A stretch of 64,000 bases of DNA from Bacillota bacterium (GTDB lineage Bacteria; Bacillota; Clostridia; Acetivibrionales; DUMC01): the NCBI GenBank assembly GCA_013314855.1, contig JABUEW010000002.1:13511-77510 (forward strand), in the 5' to 3' direction. Each line of letters starts with the position of its first letter. Position 1 is the stretch's first letter. Positions 17,651-28,415 of the stretch are shown piece by piece. The position numbers and the translations under genes were made by a program. The notes beneath the pieces are model-generated. The model ran no database searches, had not been told where the DNA came from, and saw only the letters and a list, made by a program, of their open reading frames with translations.

Positions 17651-20600
17651 TCAGCACTCTATTATTTCGCCGTTCCAAAATAAATAAATATACTTCTCCT
17701 TAACCTTTTTCTGCAGCAGTTTCTCCAGAACCATTGTGTAATACTGAATTTGCATTTTATATTGATCCTTTATCCGAATGATTGCATTTTGTCCGGCTCC
17801 GGATTGTATATAATCAGTCTTATAGTCTAACAACACCAGCCCATCGTTCTCTTCAAAAAAGCAGTCAACAACTCCCTGAAGAAGGACAGTTTCATCATCA
17901 TAAAAACTACCTTTCAGGTGAGTAAACAATTCGCTGCTGCTTATTTGAATGTTGAATGGTACTTCTCTATATATCTTCACGGAATCCAGCATTCTTTTGC
18001 CAAGGGTCGAATTAAAAAATCTGTAAATTTTTCGAATATCTATAGCCTTTGCCTGTTGTTCCGTTAATAATTCCTTTTCAACCATTCCATCAACCTGGCT
18101 TTTAATTTGTTCAATATCTTTCACCATTGTCAAATCAAGATGCTGCATTACAAAATGCATTGCTGTCCCAACCTGGGCTGCATTAAGCCCTCTGCTTTCT
18201 TCCAAGAAAGCAGGCTTTTTTATTAGCGTGGGAGTATATACTGAAAATGCCGGATACTCCTCTGAAGATTCAAAAGCAAATCTCCTTTTCAGCTCAGTAA
18301 CAGATACCTTAATCGGAATACGAGATGCGTCACTGTACTTATACTCCCAGTCCAGCCTTCTCTTTATCTCATCGTAATACATGCTTTGCCCTTTATCAAT
18401 TGTTGTTGTGCCAGCCTTTATTTTCTCAATACTTTCAAGAAATTCATTATTGGTTTGTTTTTCTTGTTCGTCACCTTTAATGATATCTCCTTTATGCCAC
18501 AACCTGATATCCCACAAAGAACCATTCATGTTTAACTCAGCATCGTCTTTATTTAAGACAAGAGAGACATGAGAACCGTCCCCTTTGTCTGTGTCTGTGC
18601 CTGCGTCTGTGTTTACGATATGAAAACCATTACCTTTGCATTGCCCCTTGTCTATCATAAGGGCAGGACAAATCCAATCAAGGTAATGTTTCCCTTTTAA
18701 AATAATGTATGCGGGAATTTTTTTACCATCAGTGGAAGCATATTCTCTCCAGCGTAAAATGCTTTTATTTAAATCCTTTACTGCCCCTGTTAATATTAGT
18801 TTTTCTCTTGCCCTGGTAAAACCTACATACAAAATCCTCATTTCTTCCGATAGGCTCTCTGCTTTGATTTGATACCGCAATGCCTGTTTTGCAAGTGTTG
18901 GATATGCTATCCTTTTTTCCACATCTACATAGTCAGGCCCAAAACCAAGTTCCTGGTGCAAAATTATGCTTTTATTCATATCCTGGAAGTTAAAACCCTT
19001 CCCGCAACCTGAGAGTATTACAACCGGAAATTCCAGCCCTTTACTTTTATGTATACTCATAATCCTTACCACGTTTTCATTTTCACCCAGGATTTTTGCA
19101 CTTCCCATGTCTCCCCTGCCGCTTCTAAGTTTATTTATAAAATTTATGAAATTGAAAAGCCCCTTATAACTGGTTTCTTCAAACTTCCTGGCCTGCTCAA
19201 AAAGCATTCTCAGGTTGGCTTGACGTTGTTCTCCTCCCGGCATAGCACCTGCGTAGCTGTAGAATCCTGTTTCTGTGTACAGGTACCATATAAGCTCATC
19301 AGTGGACATGTATAGTGCCTTATCCCTCCACTTTTCAAGTGTTTTAAGGAATTGGGCTGTTTTTTCTACAAGTTTTTTATTAAAGTGGATTTCTGCTTCC
19401 TTTTCTTTTTCTTTTTTTATACCTTTCTCCTCTTTCTGCTCAGCGTCATCGTCATCAACCCTTGCAATTTTCTTCAAAGCTTCATATAGAGGCGCTTCTT
19501 TATCCGCAAGCCTTATATCTGCCAGTTCATCGGGAGTGAACAGCACAATAGGTGAACGGAGCACTGCAAGCAAAGGTATATCTTGTAAAGGATTATCGAT
19601 GATTTGCAGTAATGATAGCATAATCTGCACTTCCACAGTTTTAAAAAACCCTGTACCGGTATCTGCATAAACAGGTATACCTTGAGCAGCAAGTTCTTCT
19701 ACAAAAACGTCCGCCCAGTTTCTGGTTGAACGGAGTAATATTACTATATCCCTGTATTCAATAGGCCTGTATTTCTTTTTTTGTTTATCATATACTTTGA
19801 AGATATCACCTGTGTTTTCACTTTCATTACAATGTTTTTTTTCACCAACCAATTCCTTTATTCTTTTGGCCACTATTCTTGCTTCGCATTGGATAATGTC
19901 AAGGGATTCATCTTCCTCGTCCCCTTTATATTCCACGCCATTTTCTCCTCCATCTTCTTCTCCATATTTTATCTCCTCTCCGGTATCTACTTCTTTCCTA
20001 CCTTCTCCTTCTCCTGCTTCCCGTCTCGCTTCTGCTTCAATTATATGCAATTCTGTAGGCCCTCCTACAATAACTTTACCCATGGTTTCCTCAAATTGTT
20101 TCTCCTCTTCGGGGTCTTCATACACCGCGCCCGGGTTTAAAGCCTCTTCCTCATTATAATCCAGTTCTCCTACATATTCGGACATTATCCGGCTAAAAAT
20201 GAAATTTACACTATCAATAACTTCCTTACGGCTTCTGAAATTCTTGTAAAGCTGAATTTTTCTGTATTTTTCTCTCTTTTCTCGTGAATAAGTATTATAT
20301 TTCTCCAGGAAAAGCTCTGGCCTTGCCTGCCTGAACCTATATATACTCTGTTTTACATCCCCTACCATAAATATGTTGGGGGTGCCCAGATCCTTTCTCG
20401 ACACCACATTAAGAATAATTTCCTGGACCAGGTTGCTGTCCTGGTATTCATCCACAAGAATTTCTTCAAACCTCTCTTTATATTCCATTGCAACACTGGA
20501 AGGTGAAAATCCCCCATTCTCCTTCCTTTCAGTAAGTATATCCAGGCAAAAGTGTTCTAAGTCGTTAAAGTCGAGAACGGACCTTTCTCTTTTCTTTTCT

Positions 20601-21664
20601 GTGTACTTCCTATCAAATTCTATTACCAGCTCTGAGAGGTATTTTAGCAAAGGATAAAGGCGGTTTAACTCTTCTATAACCTCATTCGAAGAAGCTGCAA
20701 ATATGTTGCTCTTAAGCTTACTGATCCTATCCTTTACCTCATTCCTGACGGATTTCACATGTTCCTGCGCACTTTTATCTACATCTTTTTTACAGTTCGG
20801 AAGCCTCTTAAACTCAAAAGAGGAAAAGGCATTATAGATGCTGTCCCAGGTGGTATCTCTACATAATTTTACCAACGAATCAATACCTGTAATTTCTTCC
20901 CGGAAATTGGGAAGGTATGGATCCAAACCTTCTGAAGTCTCAATTATTGAAAGTGCCTTTTCCATCATTGCCTTTAGGCTTTCAAGTTCAATGGCAGCAT
21001 TTTTTAAAAGCAGTTCTCCCCACCTGGTTTTTGCAAAATCTTCCCCAGGGCTCAGATTGAAATACTCTGTTTTTCCCTTAAGCCAGTCTTCCGGCCAAGG
21101 AAAGCTGTGAATAAATTCATATAAGGAAAAGACCAGATCTTTTAAGGACTGGTCATCCCTGTTACCTCCATAGCATTCAAGGAGTTCAAAGAATTCTTCT
21201 TTTAGTTTTTCTTGTTCATATATCTCTTCAAAGAGGTCGTCTAAAGTTTCCATTTTTATTAATAAGGCTTCGGTCTCGTCGGCAATCCTGAATCCGGGGT
21301 TTAAGCCTATATAGTGAAAGTTGTTTTTGATAACCTCAAGGCAAAAAGAGTGTATTGTTGTTATATTAGCTTTATTTAAAAGGGCTAACTGTCTTTGAAG
21401 CAGTTTTGACCCGGGGTTTTCGTCAAGGGCTTTTGAAATTGCGTCGGCTATCCGTTCTCTCATTTCGGTAGCGGCAGCATTGGTAAAGGTTACAATAAGG
21501 AGCCTGTCTATATCTACAGGATTCTCTTCACATGTTATCTTCCTGATTATTCTTTCAACTAAAACCGCAGTTTTTCCGGCACCAGCTGCTGCCGCTACCA
21601 AAAGGTTGCAATCCTTCTCAGTTATCGCCTCCAGTTGTTCGTCGCTCCACTTGGTTTCTTCCAT
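17651..21664 (-). CDS. addA: ATP-dependent helicase/nuclease AddA
   Basis: UvrD-type motifs AAAGAGKT, VDEYQDSN and C-terminal RecB-nuclease LLDYKTD. Translationally coupled to addB. Confidence 0.9.
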   Translation of the reverse strand: MEETKWSDEQLEAITEKDCNLLVAAAAGAGKTAVLVERIIRKITCEENPVDIDRLLIVTFTNAAATEMRERIADAISKALDENPGSKLLQRQLALLNKANITTIHSFCLEVIKNNFHYIGLNPGFRIADETEALLIKMETLDDLFEEIYEQEKLKEEFFELLECYGGNRDDQSLKDLVFSLYEFIHSFPWPEDWLKGKTEYFNLSPGEDFAKTRWGELLLKNAAIELESLKAMMEKALSIIETSEGLDPYLPNFREEITGIDSLVKLCRDTTWDSIYNAFSSFEFKRLPNCKKDVDKSAQEHVKSVRNEVKDRISKLKSNIFAASSNEVIEELNRLYPLLKYLSELVIEFDRKYTEKKRERSVLDFNDLEHFCLDILTERKENGGFSPSSVAMEYKERFEEILVDEYQDSNLVQEIILNVVSRKDLGTPNIFMVGDVKQSIYRFRQARPELFLEKYNTYSREKREKYRKIQLYKNFRSRKEVIDSVNFIFSRIMSEYVGELDYNEEEALNPGAVYEDPEEEKQFEETMGKVIVGGPTELHIIEAEARREAGEGEGRKEVDTGEEIKYGEEDGGENGVEYKGDEEDESLDIIQCEARIVAKRIKELVGEKKHCNESENTGDIFKVYDKQKKKYRPIEYRDIVILLRSTRNWADVFVEELAAQGIPVYADTGTGFFKTVEVQIMLSLLQIIDNPLQDIPLLAVLRSPIVLFTPDELADIRLADKEAPLYEALKKIARVDDDDAEQKEEKGIKKEKEKEAEIHFNKKLVEKTAQFLKTLEKWRDKALYMSTDELIWYLYTETGFYSYAGAMPGGEQRQANLRMLFEQARKFEETSYKGLFNFINFINKLRSGRGDMGSAKILGENENVVRIMSIHKSKGLEFPVVILSGCGKGFNFQDMNKSIILHQELGFGPDYVDVEKRIAYPTLAKQALRYQIKAESLSEEMRILYVGFTRAREKLILTGAVKDLNKSILRWREYASTDGKKIPAYIILKGKHYLDWICPALMIDKGQCKGNGFHIVNTDAGTDTDKGDGSHVSLVLNKDDAELNMNGSLWDIRLWHKGDIIKGDEQEKQTNNEFLESIEKIKAGTTTIDKGQSMYYDEIKRRLDWEYKYSDASRIPIKVSVTELKRRFAFESSEEYPAFSVYTPTLIKKPAFLEESRGLNAAQVGTAMHFVMQHLDLTMVKDIEQIKSQVDGMVEKELLTEQQAKAIDIRKIYRFFNSTLGKRMLDSVKIYREVPFNIQISSSELFTHLKGSFYDDETVLLQGVVDCFFEENDGLVLLDYKTDYIQSGAGQNAIIRIKDQYKMQIQYYTMVLEKLLQKKVKEKYIYLFWNGEIIEC

Positions 21665-24600
21665 TAACTATTACTCCTTTCTTCCCCACAGCACAGTTCC
21701 ATTAACTTCCAGATTTCCTCATCACTGTTGTCTGTTAAAATCCGGTACCTGTTATCTCTTAAAACAGGGTCAAATTGACATATGGAAGTATAGTTACAAT
21801 ATTGGCATGAAGTAATCTTTTTATTCTTGTAGGGCTTAATTGAAATATCGCCTTTCAACATTTCCATTCCTAAGTTTTCAAGGAGCTTTCTTACATATTT
21901 ACATAATGTATTAAATTGCTCAATAGTCGCTGCAGAAGAAGCCTTCCCTAAAACATCCCCCTTATTTATTCTTGCAGGTATTATCAGAGAATCTCCATCT
22001 ATTGTTTTATCCATCTCTTTTATTACTTTGACATCTGCAAGGAGAAGCCCTCTCATTTTAAGCTCCTTCATAATGGCTTTTTCAATGTCCTTTTCCGTTA
22101 GTTCTTTTTTATTCCTTATTATAGGGTCGTCAATTTTAAAGTAAAGAATACCACCTGGCATTATCGGGAGTTTTAGTTTTTCGCCCATTGTTTTCCTTAT
22201 TGTTTCCCCTTCTCCCCATAGGGCATAGAGGTAGGCAATTAATTGTATCTGCACTCCATAATATACATTAGAAAGACTAAATTCCTCACTTCCGGACTTA
22301 TAGTCTATAATCCTTATATAAGTTTTATCTCCCGTCTCCAATGCATCTACCCTGTCGACCCGTCCCGTAAGTTTGATAACTTCCCCTGTAGGAAGTTCTA
22401 TATTTATAGGGGGCAAGCCATCCTTGCTACCAAAGTCTATTTCATAACCAACAGGTTCAAAACTGCTCCTTTTTATATGCTCAACTATCAACCAAATAGC
22501 CCTGAAAAGCACCCTATCAAGTCTTTTTACAATAATTTTATACCGTTTTGTCCCATTTTTAATTGGCCCGCCCTGCATGTTTTCCAGTAACCTATCCGAT
22601 ATTTCGGCAACCTTTTTGGCACACCAATCTCTGTCAATATCCCGCCATGATATGCCATTTTCGGCCACATATCTTGAAAACTCTTCAAGTACTCCATGGA
22701 GAAATGTCCCTATATCGGGATGAGTAAGGTTAAATATTCTTCTTTCTTTTGCTTTCAACCCATATTGTATGTAATATGCAAAAGGACAGGATGCATATTT
22801 TTCAAATCTGGATACACTGGAATACACCGGATTTCCATATAATTTACGCACTTTTTCTTTTTCAATTGGAGCCACCAGGTTGGTATAAGTCAAGGCTAAC
22901 TGTGCGGCCGTGCACTTATCCCGCCATTCTCTGCGGCTTACATACCAGAGGTAGACATCCTGCCACAGGGACTTTATATCATGGCCTTCCATGGCTTTTC
23001 TCATTGCAGAAAGCAGTTCATTATATGTTGGCGATCTACCTGAAATAAGCTCCAATTCCTCTTTGTCTTCACCAGAATATACAATATTGCCGGTTTCTAA
23101 TATATTGGGGAATAGTTTCCTTATTCTTGAAATCGTTATTGAGGGTCTAAGGGTCCTTCCTTCATGATCTGCTATGGGTACGCTCAGTCTCAAGTATTTC
23201 CTCGCAGTGGTTAATACAGAATATACCATATACTGGTCCTCGAAAGCTTTAGTGCGTGTATCGCTCGCAAGCTCCAGGCCAAGGGACTGTAGTACGCCCC
23301 TGTCTTTATCGGATAAAATTTTCTCCCCGGTATCTGGTACCGGAAATACCCCATCGTTTACTCCAAGTATGTAAAGGGCTTCCACTTCATGGGTCTTTGA
23401 GCGTTCAATGTTTCCAACCAGTACCTGGTCCAGGGCAGGAGGGATAAGCCCTGTTTTATGCTCACCAAACCCTATTTTTAAAATATTTAGAAACCTTTCC
23501 AGGCCCATCCTTTCACTTCCCATCAATTCTACAGCCTGGTCCAGTATTTCCATTGTAATATTCCATATCTGTCCGTATTCACCTGCAAGGTTTAGCTCTC
23601 CCTCTTCCTTAAATTTATCTATATACATATCCATTCGCTTGGGTACTTCTAAAACACATAGCAAGTCGAACAAGGCCTCACATATTTCCCTGGCCGTTTT
23701 TCTCCCTGCAGCGCGGCTGTGAAATTCCATCAAGGGGGTAATTATCTGTCTTCGGATATCATTTATCTTCATTAATAAATCCTGGTATTCCTGCTTCTTT
23801 TCATCATCCCATACCATTTCGGGTATGTATTCCCAATATTCCTCTTTTGCCCATTTATTTCCTCTTATTCCGCAGGCCAGGACATAATTTTCAATTAAAT
23901 CAATATCTTCCCTGGGTATACCGGTAAGGCCGGTTTTCAAATATCTGAAAACCGCTTCGTAAGACCAGTTGTAGATAAATATCTCAAATACGGATATTAT
24001 TAGCTGCACAAGGGGATGTTTAGTTACTTCCCTTTTTTTATCAATAAAGCAGGGTATATCATATTCTGCAAGTATGACCCTTATAAGCTTTTCATATACA
24101 TCCAGGTCACCGCATACAACTGTAATATCCCTATATCTTAAACCCCTGTCCCTGCAAAGCCTTATAATATCCCTTGCCGTACATTCAATTTCAGTATATA
24201 TATTGGATGCTGTAAAAATGGTTATATCTTTTGTTTTATCAAAGTTTCCATCTCCTGTATATCGCTTGTAAGGAAACGAGAAAAAGTATCTTTCCAGGTG
24301 CTCTAATTCAGGGCTATCTTTAAACCTGTAGAGACGCCTCCCATCCTTATTATTTAAATTATGCTCCTCCACTATTACAGGAGGTTCAACAGGTATATTT
24401 GACTCCTTTGCTATTTGCATCAATTTTTTAACTACATTTTTTACAGGGGAAAAAACATCCGTATAGTCAATATATCCATATCCATATCCATAACTATAAG
24501 CTGCCTGTGCGGCATCATCTATCAGGCAGTCGGTACAAAGGCTTACATTAACCCTATAGGCTTTATCCATAAGTTTTGCAATAACTTTATATTCTTGGGA

Positions 24601-25236
24601 TGTAAACCCTGAAAATTCGTCAATCCATATTTCTGCCCCATTAAACATTGCAGTTTTATCAAGTTTTTCACATAGAATTGTAAGGTCGTCGTCAGCATCC
24701 CGGTACTTTTCATGTATAGTGTTTTCATATTCCCGGTATATCAAAGCAAGTTCTTTTAATTTCTCTTTCAATAAAGAATTATTTGCATGGTTTGTTTCCA
24801 TATTTTTATATCCTTTTTCCAGGTCTTCAGGCATAACATTATATCTTTTAAACTCCGCAATCATATCTGAAATTGCGTTTACAAACCCTTGCTGCCCGAC
24901 AGATTTTGAAAATATCCTAAGATCATCTTTCATGTTTTCAAGTATTTTATGTATAACCATGCATTTACCTGCAGAATTTATACGGGTATAAGTAAGGCCT
25001 CCCACCTCGTTAAATACCCTGTAAGCCATACGTTTAAAACTTAAAACTTCCGCTTTGATAATTCCACCGGTCCCTATTGTTTTCACCAGGTTTCTTTCGG
25101 CCTGCAAGGAAAACTGTTCCGGTACCAGCAATATAAGGGAGTTGGTTTTACCACTGTCTATCCTTGATTTTATTTCATTCAGGCAATAATAGCTCTTGCC
25201 GCTGCCGGCCCTTCCGTATATAAACCGCAAGCTCAT
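21664..25236 (-). CDS. addB: ATP-dependent helicase/nuclease AddB
   Basis: GRAGSGKS Walker A at the true N-terminus MSLRFIYGRAGSGKSYYC (GGAGGG RBS upstream of the ATG at 25236). C-terminal Fe-S cysteines CPFAYY ... CQYCNYTSIC. Confidence 0.9.
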   Translation of the reverse strand: MSLRFIYGRAGSGKSYYCLNEIKSRIDSGKTNSLILLVPEQFSLQAERNLVKTIGTGGIIKAEVLSFKRMAYRVFNEVGGLTYTRINSAGKCMVIHKILENMKDDLRIFSKSVGQQGFVNAISDMIAEFKRYNVMPEDLEKGYKNMETNHANNSLLKEKLKELALIYREYENTIHEKYRDADDDLTILCEKLDKTAMFNGAEIWIDEFSGFTSQEYKVIAKLMDKAYRVNVSLCTDCLIDDAAQAAYSYGYGYGYIDYTDVFSPVKNVVKKLMQIAKESNIPVEPPVIVEEHNLNNKDGRRLYRFKDSPELEHLERYFFSFPYKRYTGDGNFDKTKDITIFTASNIYTEIECTARDIIRLCRDRGLRYRDITVVCGDLDVYEKLIRVILAEYDIPCFIDKKREVTKHPLVQLIISVFEIFIYNWSYEAVFRYLKTGLTGIPREDIDLIENYVLACGIRGNKWAKEEYWEYIPEMVWDDEKKQEYQDLLMKINDIRRQIITPLMEFHSRAAGRKTAREICEALFDLLCVLEVPKRMDMYIDKFKEEGELNLAGEYGQIWNITMEILDQAVELMGSERMGLERFLNILKIGFGEHKTGLIPPALDQVLVGNIERSKTHEVEALYILGVNDGVFPVPDTGEKILSDKDRGVLQSLGLELASDTRTKAFEDQYMVYSVLTTARKYLRLSVPIADHEGRTLRPSITISRIRKLFPNILETGNIVYSGEDKEELELISGRSPTYNELLSAMRKAMEGHDIKSLWQDVYLWYVSRREWRDKCTAAQLALTYTNLVAPIEKEKVRKLYGNPVYSSVSRFEKYASCPFAYYIQYGLKAKERRIFNLTHPDIGTFLHGVLEEFSRYVAENGISWRDIDRDWCAKKVAEISDRLLENMQGGPIKNGTKRYKIIVKRLDRVLFRAIWLIVEHIKRSSFEPVGYEIDFGSKDGLPPINIELPTGEVIKLTGRVDRVDALETGDKTYIRIIDYKSGSEEFSLSNVYYGVQIQLIAYLYALWGEGETIRKTMGEKLKLPIMPGGILYFKIDDPIIRNKKELTEKDIEKAIMKELKMRGLLLADVKVIKEMDKTIDGDSLIIPARINKGDVLGKASSAATIEQFNTLCKYVRKLLENLGMEMLKGDISIKPYKNKKITSCQYCNYTSICQFDPVLRDNRYRILTDNSDEEIWKLMELCCGEERSNS

Positions 25237-25394
25237 TTGCAGTCCCTCCAAAATACAAAATACCATCATTGGTGCTGCAATACTTATTATTATTATAACA
25301 TTAAAACAAAGTGCATCAAGTAACAATTCTTTTTTATTTGTCGAATTGTGCCGAATTATTATACTTGAAATTATAATAATTTCTGTTATAATAA

Positions 25395-26096
25395 GATGAA
25401 CCAAACTTTCTGCTCCATCGAGAAGTGTCGGAGGTGGGAAGCTACTTTTCAATTATCAAAACAATCGCCGCTGGAAATCAAAAGCTTTCTAAAATAGCGG
25501 CAACCTTAGAACTTAAGCAAACAGATCTTACAAAATATCTTAATACACTCATAAACCTTGATATATTGGAAAGGGTAGTTCCGGTAACAGAGAGCAACCC
25601 GGAAAAAAGCAAGCGAGGGCTTTATAAAATCAAAGATAACTTTTTGTTATTCTGGTTTAAGTTTATCTTTCCAAACTTGAGCTTCATCGAGTCAGGCAAT
25701 GAGGAATTAGCAATGAAAATAATCCGCAAAAACTTGGTAGACGGGCATATAAGCTTCGTATACGAGGATGTATGCATCGAGGAAATGTGGAGGCTCAATG
25801 CCGAGGATATATGGTATTTCCACTTTGATAAGGTGGGACGCTGGTGGAATGGCAGGACCGAAATCGATATCGTGGCACTTGACAGTACAGGTACCAACAT
25901 TATCTTTGGTGAGTGCAAATATTTAGAAAATAAAGTAGGTATCAATGTACTAACTGCCCTTGAAGAAAAGGCAAAAGCGGTTGAATGGAAGAGAGATAGG
26001 CGAAAAGACCATTTCGTCCTGTTTTCCATCAATGGATTTACAGATGATTTGATAAAGCTTGCTGAAACAAGAGAAGACCTGCTGCTCTGCCGGTAA
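25395..26096 (+). pseudogene. 5'-truncated DUF234/archaeal-type ATPase gene; only the wHTH + DUF234 C-terminal half remains
   Basis: The frame opens right after a stop with DEPNFLLHREVSEVGSYFSIIKTIAAGNQKLSKIA...PEKSKRGLYKIKDNFLLFWFKF...IDIVALD...GECKY. The AAA/Walker N-terminal half is absent and addB lies immediately upstream. Confidence 0.65.
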
Positions 26097-26180
26097 GTAA
26101 TCAATGTCGGCGGTATCCTCCCCTTGATAAGGCATAGGCTGCGAAAAGAGTTACAAAAAGGTTTAACTTAGCTACTAAAC

Positions 26181-26634
26181 TCAATATTTTACCATTACCG
26201 GCTGCCTTATTTTTGCCGATTCAATAACGGCACATAATGCAAGGGAGGTATTTGCGGCATCTTCAAGAGTTACATAAAACTCCTTCCCGTCAATCAGCCT
26301 GTCTATAAAATGCCTTATGCTTTCAAAAGCAAATCCTTTTGGTTTACCATGGACAAAATTACTTACCAGTATGTCAGGAGTATCTGCCTTCGATTCGGTA
26401 AACTTCTGAATTAGGTTGTGATTGCTGGCATCAATGCTTATCATACCCTTTTGTTCCCAGGATATTGAACTTAATATCATTTATATTGGTATTACCATTC
26501 GGGGTAATCCAGCCATTTTCCATTTGTGCGATACCACCGTGTTTGAACTCGATAGTAGTAAGATAAACATCAATAGTATCTACTCCAAGGCCTTTTAATA
26601 CGCCCTCCCTTGATACTGAATACACTCTTTCCAC
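26181..26634 (-). pseudogene. Gfo/Idh/MocA oxidoreductase remnant: C-terminal domain only, frameshifted
   Basis: Two overlapping ORFs (26431-26634 and 26181-26480) together read as a Gfo/Idh/MocA C-terminal dimerisation domain. The Rossmann N-terminal part is missing. Confidence 0.6.
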
Positions 26635-26801
26635 TTCATCATTGAATTCACCCTGATCTTATTCACATTTATTCAATAATATGCTATATTATAAAAGTAA
26701 TTATATATGTTTTAAATCATGGACCGTATTAGTTTAATTTTTTATCTAGAGTCGTTATAAGATTGCTTGCATCTTTTTAAGATGTCCGGGGTGGTGTGTT
26801 T

Positions 26802-27290
26802 ATGCGAAAATTTTTATATTATATAGAAGTTATTATAATTCTTACGATATTTTGGATAATCATTAATGAAAAAATTACTCCCATACAAATTATTGTCGGT
26901 ATTTTTTTAGGTTTTCTTGCAGTCATTTTTACTGAGAAATACTTATTGCTGGGGGATTATAAACATACTTATATTATTAGTCCGAAGATTCTTATAAAGT
27001 ATCTTATTTATCTATTCATTGAAATTTATATGTCAGGTTTTACGGCTATTTACAGGATACTCAGCCATAAAGTTAATGTAGGGGTTATTGAATATGAAAG
27101 CAATCTTGACAACGACTTTTTAGTGTGCATACTTGCTAATTCAATCACCTTAACTCCAGGGACAGTAACTATTGATAAAAAGGGCAAAAAATTAAAAATA
27201 TTATGTTTGAGCTGTCCGGAAGATGGCAAAAACTCATTACAGGCAAGTGTAAGGGCTAAATTTGAGAATATATTGAAGGGAGGTAATTAA
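26802..27290 (+). CDS. mrpE: Na+/H+ antiporter subunit E (MrpE/MnhE; MbhA-like)
   Basis: Conserved ANSITLTPGTVTID motif. First gene of a tightly packed seven-gene cluster. Confidence 0.8.
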   Translation: MRKFLYYIEVIIILTIFWIIINEKITPIQIIVGIFLGFLAVIFTEKYLLLGDYKHTYIISPKILIKYLIYLFIEIYMSGFTAIYRILSHKVNVGVIEYESNLDNDFLVCILANSITLTPGTVTIDKKGKKLKILCLSCPEDGKNSLQASVRAKFENILKGGN

Positions 27291-27550
27291 TGGGTTTTAA
27301 TCAGATTGTTCTTCTAATAATAGCAATTCTTGGGTTGGCAGCGCTTGTGAGGACAATTTTAGGGCCGACTATATGGGATAGAATTCTGGGTTTAAATCTT
27401 CTATCTTCAAAGGTTATAATGTCCATTGTAGTATTTGCCTTTTCACTTAATAAATCGTATTTATTAGATATTGCAATTATATATGCGCTATTTGGCTTTA
27501 TTAGCATTGTAATGATCGCAAGATTCATTGAAAAAAGAGGTGACTTATGA
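27290..27550 (+). CDS. mrpF: Antiporter subunit F (MrpF/MnhF; MbhB-like)
   Basis: 86 aa with 3 TM segments and the RTILGPTIWDRILG motif. Its start overlaps the mrpE stop. Confidence 0.8.
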   Translation: MGFNQIVLLIIAILGLAALVRTILGPTIWDRILGLNLLSSKVIMSIVVFAFSLNKSYLLDIAIIYALFGFISIVMIARFIEKRGDL

Positions 27551-27840
27551 GGGAACAAATTGGAAATATTCTGATTGTCACAGCATTAATATTTATATTT
27601 TTTGGAGTATATGGCATTTTCAAGTTTAAAGATTTCTATCCTCGGATTTTAATATCATCCAAGGTAGATACTGTAGGATTAATTACATTAATGCTTGGAA
27701 TTATTGTTAAATCGGGTATTAACTTTTTCAGTCTTAAAGTACTTATAATACTATTGCTGGTTATTATTACGAATCCCCTTTCAACACATTCAATAGCAAG
27801 ATCCGCATATATAAGCGGTTATAAAGTTAAAAAGGAGTAG
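27547..27840 (+). CDS. mrpG: Antiporter subunit G (MrpG/MnhG; MbhC-like)
   Basis: 97 aa with NPLSTHSIARSAY near the C-terminus. 4-nt overlap with mrpF. Confidence 0.8.
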   Translation: MREQIGNILIVTALIFIFFGVYGIFKFKDFYPRILISSKVDTVGLITLMLGIIVKSGINFFSLKVLIILLLVIITNPLSTHSIARSAYISGYKVKKE

Positions 27841-27851
27841 TTAAGGAGTTT

Positions 27852-28409
27852 ATGATTATAAAGATTTTTCTTGGAGTAATGACTGTATTTGCATTATTAG
27901 CAGTCCAGACTCATCAATTGAGAAGGGCAGTAATCTATCTGGGGGTTTTCTCCTTGATAAACTCCTTTGCATATGTGTTCTACGGTGCGCCTGATGTTTC
28001 TTTAGCTGAAGCAATAATAGGAAGCACATTAGTAACGGTTCTATATTTAATTGCCCTTAAAAAATATAAGCCCCTACCAACACGTTATACTATAACAACA
28101 CATTATACTTATAGACAAAACACGTTCAGTATAATCAAGGTGTTTGGCAAAAGCCGCAAATTGGTATTAGCCGGCTTCTGTGCTGTTATTGCATTTTTAA
28201 CTCTAAGTACTTATATTAATACTATTGAACTAACAGGGACACCCGCATGGGACTATTATGTGAAATTTTTCAAGCAGGATACAGGTGCAAATAATGCGGT
28301 AACGGCAATTTATTTAAATTATCGGGTTTTTGATACCTTATTTGAAGCGCTATTACTTCTGATTAGCGTAATTGCAGTAATTTATTTTTCATGGAGGAGC
28401 GAGGGATAG
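27852..28409 (+). CDS. DUF4040 (MbhD-like) fused to an MbhE/MnhB-N-like segment
   Basis: GAPDVSLAEAIIGSTL (DUF4040) at the N-terminus. C-terminal GANNAVTAIYLNYRVFDTLFEALLL matches the MrpA-C/MnhB-type motif. Confidence 0.7.
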   Translation: MIIKIFLGVMTVFALLAVQTHQLRRAVIYLGVFSLINSFAYVFYGAPDVSLAEAIIGSTLVTVLYLIALKKYKPLPTRYTITTHYTYRQNTFSIIKVFGKSRKLVLAGFCAVIAFLTLSTYINTIELTGTPAWDYYVKFFKQDTGANNAVTAIYLNYRVFDTLFEALLLLISVIAVIYFSWRSEG

Positions 28410-28415
28410 AAAGCT

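Noticed and set aside
18381-25399. Numerous 60-130-aa ORFs antisense to addA/addB, plus the same-strand alternate-frame ORF at 24543-24728
   Set aside because: These are shadow ORFs inside long, motif-supported genes with no independent signals.
25237-25452. 72-codon N-terminal extension of the addB ORF
   Set aside because: The extension is Ile-rich nonsense read from an AT-rich promoter region. The conserved N-terminus MSLRFIYGRAGSGKS begins at 25236 with a GGAGGG RBS.
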